Positions 51,803-59,830 of a stretch of 64,000 nt of DNA are shown here, one piece after another. This DNA comes from Candidatus Latescibacterota bacterium (GTDB taxonomy: Bacteria > Latescibacterota > CBDEFO01). The notes below the pieces were generated by a model. That model did not search any database and was not told the DNA's origin. It saw nothing but the letters and a program-made list of their open reading frames with translations. Positions within the stretch are counted from its first letter, which is position 1; each line of letters starts with the position of its first letter. The stretch spans positions 3,424,001 to 3,488,000 of the forward strand of contig OZ252149.1 of assembly GCA_965248755.1 (NCBI GenBank), read 5' to 3'. The position numbers and the translations under genes are program-made.

Positions 51803-52110
51803 GGCAACCGCTTCGTTTTTTTTAGACGGGCTACCTCTTCGAGTATCTCCAACTGGAGCGTCAACTGCCCTACCTTGCGCTCCAACCGGCTAACCTCTCG
51901 CTCCTTCGGATCCTTGCGACCACGCCGAGACTTCAGACTCTCCTGGCCCCCTTCTAAGAAACTATCACGCCAAGCATACGCCTGCGACTGGCTAATTCCA
52001 TTCTTACGACACACCTCAGATAGATCTGCTCCTCTCAAAAGAGCCAACACAATCTCTCCCTTACGGGTCGCCGTCCAGCGCTTACCATCTTTCACTTCGG
52101 GGCTCGACAC
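51799..52110 (-). CDS. IS3 transposase OrfA
   Basis: Translation identical to copy 1. Confidence 0.9.
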   Translation of the reverse strand: MSSPEVKDGKRWTATRKGEIVLALLRGADLSEVCRKNGISQSQAYAWRDSFLEGGQESLKSRRGRKDPKEREVSRLERKVGQLTLQLEILEEVARLKKTKRLP

Positions 52111-52561
52111 CTTGACCTCCCTTCTCAAACCCCAATTTGCGAAATATTTGTCGCTCTGTCAAGGGGAGCGGTATGTTCTGTTATATGGAGTCAGGGAAAT
52201 TACCTAACGCCGAGCGTGTGCTTGAAAGCGCTGTTGAAGCTGGAATAGCCGACGATCCCACCTTTGTAATGGCTGAAGTTTACAAAGATGCTGGAGATAT
52301 CTGCGTCAAACTCGAAAGGTACGAGAAAGCTATTGATTTGTACGAAGGATGCATCAGACGGGATCCTACAGACAAAGTCACTTTGTCAAACATGGCCTCC
52401 TGCTACGCAAAACTTGGGCATTTAGAATCGGCGAAGATGGCGTATCAGACTGCTCTCAGCATTGATCCTAACTACACCGAGGCAGCCCGGAACCTCAGGG
52501 TTATAGACAACGCCATAGCTAAACTCGGCGAAGAGAAGATGGCAGATGCCACATCATAAAT

Positions 52562-52633
52562 AAGTAAACAGTAGGTAGTAAGCAGGGTATTCTCCCCTCC
52601 CTGTATGCTGTCTACCTATGTTTGCTGGCTACC
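52562..52633. repeat. Heptamer-periodic inverted repeat element (clearest copy of the family)
   Basis: AGTAAAC-AGTAGGT-AGTAAGC-AGGG...CTCCCCTCCCTG...GTCTACC-TATGTTTGCT; relatives at ~13031, 23008, 26510, 38146, 42941. Confidence 0.6.
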
Positions 52634-53432
52634 AAAAATGAGACCCACAATTTCCCTTTGCATGATCGTCAAAGATGAGGAGGAACACCTCGGAGCCTGC
52701 CTGGAGAGCGTCCTGGGCGTTGTCGATGAGATGATAGTAGTGGATACTGGCTCGACCGACCTCACTGCCCAGATAGCCGAAAGCCATAGAGCTAAAGTCT
52801 ACCATCATTCCTGGAAGGACAACTTTTCGGAAGCCAGAAATTATTCCATCGGCTGTGCATCCTCAGATTGGATACTTCAACTGGACGCCGACGAAGAGTT
52901 TGAAAAAGACGATCTTCCCATCCTGAAGAACGCAGTTGAATCCGACCTGTACAACGCTGTTTTTTTGGCCATATACAACGACCTCCCCCAAGGCAGATCC
53001 AAATTCTACTATCCCAGATTGTACAGAAGGGGCAAGGCCCACTACGAAGGCATAGTACACAACCAACTCATCTATGAGGGCAAAGGCCTACACAGTGAAA
53101 TAAGGATATATCATAAAGGGTATAACCTGGGCCATAAAAAGACAATGCAAAAAACTGAAAGGAGCAGAAAGCTTCTTGAAAAGCAGCTTCAAGACGATCC
53201 TGATAACATCTTTGCGTGGCACAATCTCATAAGGATATACAGGAACCGAAAAGAGTTTGAGCTTGTCCTCCGATACGGGGAAGATGTTCTTGACAGGATT
53301 CCCTACGAAAAAGACCCTAACTTCTACCTTATGATACTCTACGACGTCGCCTTTTCTTACCTTCACCTTTCCAACTACGAGAAAGCGGAAAAGTTTTGTC
53401 TTTCTGCCCTTGATAAGAAGGACAACTATATA

Positions 53433-55058
53433 CCCCCATTCGCCATATTAGACCCGAAAAATGGTTGTCAAAGTCGCCAGAACATGTTATATTACAATAA
53501 ATAAGACTCATAAATGGCGGATAAATATTGATCATCCAGAGGGTGAAAGAATGAAAGTAGGTTTTGATGGAGGAATAAAGCTTGAATTTCATGGTGCAAA
53601 GGTGACATCAAACGGTGGACTTCTTGCGTATCGTGACCTTGATTACGCACTGGGATTATTTGATTCGGTATCAGCGGTTTTTACCGATAAACGCACAGGC
53701 CGTAATATCCAACATGATATATCTACTCTCCTGCGTCAATCGATATACAGCCGTCTTGCAGGATATGAAGATGTAAATGACGCCGAGCGATTATCCGTTG
53801 ATCCCGTCATGCGAGCGATTACCGGAAAGAAGGACAAAGGCAGGCAAGCTGCCAGCTCCAACACGATAGGACGTTTTGAAACTGATATACTGACTCAGCA
53901 TGACAATCTCAGAAACTTGTCAGATATCAATGGCAAGTGGGTTCAAAAAGCGATGAGTAAAACACAGCATCAACGAATCATTCTGGACATGGACAGTTCG
54001 GAGAGTCCGGTACATGGCCAGCAGGAAGGATCAGCTTACAACGGTCATTTCGGATGTACCTGTTTTCATCCAGTGTTCTGCTTCAATCAGTTCGGGGATT
54101 GTGAAGGAGTCCTACTTCGCTCTGGTAATGTTCACAGTGCTGATCGTTGGAAGGAAGTTCTGGAACCGATCGTCAAGAGATACGAGAGCAAGAAGAATAG
54201 GAAATACTTTCGAGGCGATGCTGCATTCGCAAAGCCTGAGATTTATGATTATCTGGAGGGAAACGGCTATTTGTATGCCATTCGGCTTCCCGCAAATGAG
54301 ATACTCTATGAAAAGATACGATACCTGCTGACTCGGCCAGTTGGACGACCGCCGAGGAAACCGATTGTATCGTTATATGAATTTCAATATAAAGCGGCCA
54401 GTTGGGATCAATCGAGGCGAGTGGTCGCCAAGGTTGAATGGCACCAAGGGGAGTTATTCCCAAGAGTGGGATTTATCGTGACCAACATGAGCGCCAAGCC
54501 AGAAGGCGTGGTACACTTCTACAATGGCCGTGGCAGAGCTGAGCAGTGGATTAAGGAGGGCAAGTATGCTCTGAACTGGACCCGACTCTCATGCAAGCGT
54601 TTCGTCTCCAATCAGGTGAGGCTCTGGCTGTTTGTTCTGGCTTACAACTTGGGCAACTTCCTGCGACGTTTTGTTCTTCCGAAGAAAATCAAACACTGGT
54701 CACTACGCAGCCTCCTCGTGAAATTTATCAAAATCGGAGCGAAGATTGTCAGACACAGCGGATATATTACGTTTCAAATGGCTGAGGTTGGGATAGACAA
54801 GAGGTTATTTGCCGAAATATTATCCCGGATTGAACGATTGCGATGTTATTCTGTTTAAACTGCCACATTTTTTTGTGAGTCGATGGAGAGGTGTCTCTAA
54901 TTGGAGGATTTAAACACAAAGAAAGTGATAATTCAGAGGAAAATACTATTTTAATTGAAAAAAGTACTTGTTGAAAAATGTAAAAGTGGTAATATTAATT
55001 CAGAAACAAGAATGTATCGAAATATAATCCCTCATGAATGTGATATGGGGAATGTCGG
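53433..55058 (+). mobile_element. IS1380-family insertion sequence (1626 bp)
   Basis: TIRs CCCCCATTCGCCATAT / ATATGGGGAATGTCGG (13/16), CC...GG ends, 5-bp TSD ATATA. Confidence 0.93.
53461..54858 (+). CDS. IS1380-family DDE transposase
   Basis: GYEDVND, ILDMDSS, RGDAAF, YNGRGRAEQWIKEGK; start may be 53551. Confidence 0.95.
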   Translation: MVVKVARTCYITINKTHKWRINIDHPEGERMKVGFDGGIKLEFHGAKVTSNGGLLAYRDLDYALGLFDSVSAVFTDKRTGRNIQHDISTLLRQSIYSRLAGYEDVNDAERLSVDPVMRAITGKKDKGRQAASSNTIGRFETDILTQHDNLRNLSDINGKWVQKAMSKTQHQRIILDMDSSESPVHGQQEGSAYNGHFGCTCFHPVFCFNQFGDCEGVLLRSGNVHSADRWKEVLEPIVKRYESKKNRKYFRGDAAFAKPEIYDYLEGNGYLYAIRLPANEILYEKIRYLLTRPVGRPPRKPIVSLYEFQYKAASWDQSRRVVAKVEWHQGELFPRVGFIVTNMSAKPEGVVHFYNGRGRAEQWIKEGKYALNWTRLSCKRFVSNQVRLWLFVLAYNLGNFLRRFVLPKKIKHWSLRSLLVKFIKIGAKIVRHSGYITFQMAEVGIDKRLFAEILSRIERLRCYSV

Positions 55059-56016
55059 ATATAGACGTCCTTCTTACATTGGGACAGGTCTATCTCCAAA
55101 CAAGGGAACACGAAAAGTCCATCCAAGTTCTACAGACCTATCTTGCAAAAAGGCAAGAATGGGTTGATAGCCCAAAGCTCAACTTTCTCATAGTCAACAC
55201 CATAGAAGACCATGCAATCGCCTACTCTTTGATCGGATACTGCTACCTTTCACTATGGTCGCACCACTCTTCCTCAAAATCGCTGACCTTTTTGGAGGAA
55301 GCCGAACGGGCATACAAAGCTTCCTCAGAGATAGACCCCACATATTCTGAGGCTCACAATGGACTTGGGTATGTATATCTTCTCAAGGGCAAACTCGATA
55401 AGGCTCTAGAGGAGTTAAATGCTGCCCTGAGGTACAAGCCTGACTGGCCGGAAGCCCTTTTGAATCTGGCCCAGGTATATATCGCTCAAGATAGAAGGGA
55501 CAAGGTCAAAAGCATCGTCGAAAGGACAAAACTTGTCGAAGACATGTCACTTAAAGCCATCAGGAAGCTCGGAGACATAAGCGTGAACATTGCAGATTAC
55601 GAAACAGCCGCAGGGCTTTACGAAAGATTCCTCCACCGTAACAACTGTGAGAGTGGCAATGCTGACCCCCAAGTTCTTACCAATCTCGGCTCCTGCTATG
55701 CGCAGATGGGACAGTACGAATCGGCTCTATCCAGCTACAGAGCCGCCTTAAGATTAGATCCTAACTACGAAAACGCCGTTCAGAATCTCATAGCTTTGAA
55801 AAGCAGCGTTAACTCCCTGTAAACGTCGCAAAATGTAAGTATTATTTAGCCCTCCTTCTGTCCGCCCTGTTATACATTCTTTCCAAATCTTGTTGCTCTG
55901 GCCCTCGCTGTTTTTATGTAAGCTTCAAAAAGAGCTTGACCTTGGCATTGTCATTTAACATATTTACTACAAAGAAAACCCATACTTGACCGGGATTTTA
56001 AGCGGGGTACGTTACA

Positions 56017-56346
56017 GTGAACAATACCAGACATAGTTTCGGTTCAATTTTCGCGCCTCTTATAGCCCTGGTTCTTCTATTGTTGTTCTTCATAGCCTGG
56101 GGTCACGTTCATGCATATGGGACAGAAGCCTGGGGGCATGTACATCCATATGGGACAAATTATCTGGATGAGATCAACTGTCCTTTATGCATCTTGACTC
56201 ACATTCCGGTGTGTGTGCGTTCGTCTGCGGTCCTGATTTATCCGACAGCTTTTCTGATAAGCCTCATTCCGCTTTTCTGTCCGCGCATATCCTATCCTTT
56301 CCTTTTACTTCTCCGCAGTCGCTCTCCGCCGTTCTCCTCCTTATAA
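56017..56346 (+). CDS. DUF2946-like metal-sensing leader protein (TM, His repeats, CxxC, RSPP)
   Basis: Hydrophobic N-terminus, AWGHVHxYGT twice, CPLC, C-terminal RSRSPP; upstream of metal uptake genes. Confidence 0.7.
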   Translation: MNNTRHSFGSIFAPLIALVLLLLFFIAWGHVHAYGTEAWGHVHPYGTNYLDEINCPLCILTHIPVCVRSSAVLIYPTAFLISLIPLFCPRISYPFLLLLRSRSPPFSSL

Positions 56347-56523
56347 TATTTCCTTTAGTTAATCTCCATCTGAAGTTCCTCCATATAAATGTGGTGTACA
56401 TTTTGCGTTCATAGTGTAAGTCTGTCTTGGGTTTTTTCTCAGACCCACGTAAATATCAGACATTGGTGAAGCCTTCGCTATGTGCAGCTAACGTGTCATC
56501 CGCTCATTTTAAAGGAGAGCAAG

Positions 56524-57594
56524 ATGTTAAACTTCCTTTTAAGATTGATTTTCTTTGTTTTGCTCATATTGTCCACTTTCAGCTCATCTTTTCCTCAGAC
56601 AGGAGCATCTGTGACCGGGATATCGAGGGCGTTCAATCCGGCCATAAGTGTCAACGGTCTCTTTTTAGGAGCGTACGTCTCTGATAGGGAAAAAGAAGAG
56701 GAGCTATCCACAGGGATGAGAGTTCAGGAGGTGGAGATTCGGTTGAGTTCTTTTATAGATCCCCATGTGAGGGCGGATCTACTATTTGCTGTGGAGGGGA
56801 CTGAAGGCATAGAGATTGAGGAGGGTTATGTCACTACTGTGGGTCTCCCGGGGAACCTGGGGTTGAAAGGAGGGAAGATCTTTGGGGAGTTTGGAAAGCA
56901 TAATCTTTTGCATACTCATCTATTTCCTTTTGTGGATAATCCGTTGGTCAATGAGAGAATATTCGGCGAGGAGGGCTTAAACGATGTGGGTTTAAGCTTG
57001 AGTTATCTTTTCCCTGTGTCGTGGTACTCGGAGTTGACGCTTCAGTTTCTAAATGGGGATAATGAGGAGATTTTCAACAGCCCTGATGATAATGATCTTG
57101 CGTATTTGGGGCATTTCAAGAATTTCTGGGATCTGTCTGAGAGCAGTACACTGGAAATCGGAGGATCTTATGCAGGCGGAAGTAACGATTCTAAGAAAGG
57201 CCTGTCCCAAGTAGTGGGTGCGGATTTGAGAATTAAGTGGAAACCTTTAAGGAGGGCTGTCTACAAGAGCATAACCTGGCAGACGGAGTACATATATCTG
57301 CGTAAAAGCGACGATGACGATAATGTGGATGAAGTCGGAGGGCTTTATTCTCTGTTACAATATCAATTCAGCAGGCGATGGTGGATAGAGGGACGCTACG
57401 ATGCATTTGGGTTGCCAGAGCGTAAGGACGAGAAAAGGATTCATAGGGGAAGTCTGCTTCTGGCCTTTGTGCCGAGTGGGTTCTCGGCTTTGAGGATTCA
57501 ATATAACAGACTGCGCGAAGAAGACAAGAATGTGAACGAATTGATGATCCAGTATAACTTTACGATAGGTTCGCATCCGGCTCATAAGTATTAG
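56524..57594 (+). CDS. Outer-membrane beta-barrel/porin linked to metal uptake
   Basis: Signal peptide, FNPAISVNG, EIEEGY, FGKHNLLHTH, C-terminal GSHPAHKY; AAGGAG SD. Confidence 0.85.
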   Translation: MLNFLLRLIFFVLLILSTFSSSFPQTGASVTGISRAFNPAISVNGLFLGAYVSDREKEEELSTGMRVQEVEIRLSSFIDPHVRADLLFAVEGTEGIEIEEGYVTTVGLPGNLGLKGGKIFGEFGKHNLLHTHLFPFVDNPLVNERIFGEEGLNDVGLSLSYLFPVSWYSELTLQFLNGDNEEIFNSPDDNDLAYLGHFKNFWDLSESSTLEIGGSYAGGSNDSKKGLSQVVGADLRIKWKPLRRAVYKSITWQTEYIYLRKSDDDDNVDEVGGLYSLLQYQFSRRWWIEGRYDAFGLPERKDEKRIHRGSLLLAFVPSGFSALRIQYNRLREEDKNVNELMIQYNFTIGSHPAHKY

Positions 57595-57663
57595 GATAAC
57601 GCAGAAGGCAAAGGAGGTGCCTCATCCCTAGCCTTCGCCTTTGGCCTTAGCCTCTATAAGGAG

Positions 57664-58581
57664 ATGACAATGTTTAGATTCAGCAATGTAATTCTAGCGC
57701 TGACAGCAGCCTCGATCTTTGTATCTGCAGTGTCTGCCGAGAGCAAGATAAGAGTGGTGACAGCGACGACCGATCTTTCAGCTATTGTAGAAGAAGTGGG
57801 CAGGGATAAGGTGGAGGTAAAGAGCATATCTAAGGGTTATCAGGATCCACATTATGTAGATGCCAAGCCGAGTTATATGCTACAGGTCAACAGGGCAGAT
57901 ATGTTAGTGTACGTCGGGCTTCAGATCGAAGTGGGATGGCTCCCACCGCTCGTTCAGGGAGCAAGGAACGGAAAAATCGCCAGTGGAAATGGAAATTTAG
58001 ACGCTTCGAAGGGGATAAAGGTACTCGAAATCCCTGTAGGAGAGCTAAGCAGAGCTATGGGAGATATTCATCCTGAGGGAAATCCCCACTACTGGCTCGA
58101 TCCGAGGAACGGTTCTACCGTAGCTCTGAGGATCAGGGAGCGTCTGGAGATTCTGTCTCCGGATGACGCTTCGTACTTTGAGGGTAATTTACAAAGTTTC
58201 AAAAAGAGATTGGAAGCTAATATTGGTGAATGGGAAGGACGAGCAACGGGCTTTAGAGGAAAAGAGGTCGTGGCTTATCATAAGCAGTGGGAGTATTTAG
58301 CCGATTGGTTGGGGTTGAATATCGTTGATTATATAGAGGATAAGCCGGGTATACCGCCCTCTCCAAGACATGTAACTTCTTTGATAAGGCTGATGAAAGA
58401 AAGGGACATAAACGTCATTTTGATGGCAAATTTCATAGATCCGAAGGGGGCACGGCGTGTGGCAGAGGAGACGGGCGCCCAGTTGATAATCCTACCCACT
58501 TCTGTAGGCGGAGACGAGAAAGTAGAGAGCTATCTTGATCTCTTCGAGTATATTATATCACAGTTGGAAAGGGCACTATAG
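57664..58581 (+). CDS. Metal ABC transporter substrate-binding protein (ZnuA/PsaA family)
   Basis: QDPHY, GDIHPEGNPHYWLDP, AYHKQW, KPGIPPSPRH. Confidence 0.93.
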   Translation: MTMFRFSNVILALTAASIFVSAVSAESKIRVVTATTDLSAIVEEVGRDKVEVKSISKGYQDPHYVDAKPSYMLQVNRADMLVYVGLQIEVGWLPPLVQGARNGKIASGNGNLDASKGIKVLEIPVGELSRAMGDIHPEGNPHYWLDPRNGSTVALRIRERLEILSPDDASYFEGNLQSFKKRLEANIGEWEGRATGFRGKEVVAYHKQWEYLADWLGLNIVDYIEDKPGIPPSPRHVTSLIRLMKERDINVILMANFIDPKGARRVAEETGAQLIILPTSVGGDEKVESYLDLFEYIISQLERAL

Positions 58582-58628
58582 GTGCAGTGTACACTCCATG
58601 TGGTGCGACCACTCTGGGAGGATAAAAA

Positions 58629-59474
58629 GTGACTGATTTTCTGGTGTTTATGTCGGCTCCCTTTGCGGCGTGCCTGGTCCTTGTGGGGATCTACGCCTAT
58701 ATGGGAATACATATTTTAGAAAGGGAGGTCATATTTGTAGATCTGGCCTTAGCTCAGATCGCAGCCTTAGGAGCTGCTGCGGCTCTATTTTCAGGCTATG
58801 AGTTGGAGGGCAGCCAGGCTTACGTCTTTTCACTTTTGGCAACGTTTTTAGGAGCAGGTATTTTCTCTTTAAGCAGGTCGAAGGATGGAAGGATTCCACA
58901 GGAGGCGATTATAGGCATTGTGTATGCTGTGGCTGCTGCCGCTGCTGTATTGGCTGTGGACAGAGCGCCTCACGGAGCAGAGCATATAAAGACCCTCCTG
59001 GTAGGGTCTATTCTCTGGGTGACGTGGCCAACAGTCATAAAGACTGCTCTTATCTGCGGCGCAGTAGGGGGCTTTAATTGGATATTCAGAAAGAAGTTTT
59101 TGCTAATATCTCTTCAACCGGATCAGGCTTTAAAGGAAGGCATGAACATACGTCTGTGGGATTTTCTGTTTTATGCATCTTTCGGGCTTGTGATCACAAG
59201 TTCTGTTCAGATTGCTGGGGTTCTTTTAGTATTTTCCTTTCTCATCGTTCCTGCTGTATGCGGGGCTATGTTCTGCGATAGTTTAGGAAAACGGCTGACC
59301 TTAGGATGGATTATGGGCACAGTCGTCAGTGTGTTGGGCTGTGTTTTTTCCTACAGTTTTGATCTTCCTACAGGTGCCGCGATGGTGTGTACTTTCGGGT
59401 TAGTTTTATTGATGTCAGTGGGAGTCAAACTGATGTGGTTGAGACCAAAGCAAGTAGATAGTAGCCACGATTGA
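58629..59474 (+). CDS. Metal ABC transporter permease (ZnuB/MntB family)
   Basis: IFVDLALAQIAALG, EAIIG, GVLLVFSFLIVPA, DLPTG; multiple TMs. Confidence 0.92.
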   Translation: MTDFLVFMSAPFAACLVLVGIYAYMGIHILEREVIFVDLALAQIAALGAAAALFSGYELEGSQAYVFSLLATFLGAGIFSLSRSKDGRIPQEAIIGIVYAVAAAAAVLAVDRAPHGAEHIKTLLVGSILWVTWPTVIKTALICGAVGGFNWIFRKKFLLISLQPDQALKEGMNIRLWDFLFYASFGLVITSSVQIAGVLLVFSFLIVPAVCGAMFCDSLGKRLTLGWIMGTVVSVLGCVFSYSFDLPTGAAMVCTFGLVLLMSVGVKLMWLRPKQVDSSHD

Positions 59475-59501
59475 ATCTATCCCTGATTGAACCTATCGGG
59501 A
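59465..59501. repeat. Nested palindrome-family copy overlapping the permease stop
   Basis: CCACGATTGAATCTAT-CCCTGATTGAACCTATCGGGA. Confidence 0.6.
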
Positions 59502-59583
59502 GTAGAAAGGGCACCTGCCCCATCTGTGTCCATAGTTATAGGTGTCTTGTCCCAAACTAATTTCTTAATCTTTTTTCAAAACA

Positions 59584-59599
59584 TGTGATGGAGATCACA
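59584..59599. promoter_or_regulatory. CRP/FNR-family binding site
   Basis: TGTGA-TGGAGA-TCACA is an exact CRP consensus. Confidence 0.65.
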
Positions 59600-59640
59600 G
59601 ATAAAGTGTTTGTAAAACATTATATTGTGTGGAATTTATG

Positions 59641-59669
59641 TTGACATTGTTTTCATTTTTTATTATCTT
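59641..59669 (+). promoter_or_regulatory. sigma70 promoter of the HDOD kinase
   Basis: TTGACA-N17-TATCTT. Confidence 0.65.
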
Positions 59670-59830
59670 ATAGCGTGAAGGTCCAAAGGACGTGTCAGTC
59701 ATATACGGATTCGTAACAAGAATGTGATAGGAGTTCCAGCTAACAGCAGCGTGTCAAAGTACCGTTCAGGATCATCGTAAGTCTCAAGTATGTTGCATCA
59801 TGAGTCGAAGTAGATGGAGGGAGAGGAAAG

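Larger units (their letters stand above)
50910..52175 (-). mobile_element. IS3-family insertion sequence, copy 5, inverted (1266 bp)
   Basis: TSD TTCT; reverse complement of copy 1. Confidence 0.97.
49616..52559 (+). pseudogene. Second FkbM-family methyltransferase plus TPR tail (~557 aa), interrupted by IS copy 5
   Basis: VVDIGAEIG, FMKIDIEGGE. 49616-50909 joins 52180-52559 in frame (SLAF/CYMES). Confidence 0.9.
52638..55822 (+). pseudogene. GT2 glycosyltransferase plus TPR tail (~517 aa), interrupted by IS1380
   Basis: ISLCMIVKDEE, VDTGSTD, LDADE, GIVHNQ, YHKGY. 52638-53432 joins 55064-55822 in frame (DNYI/DVLLTLG). Confidence 0.9.
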
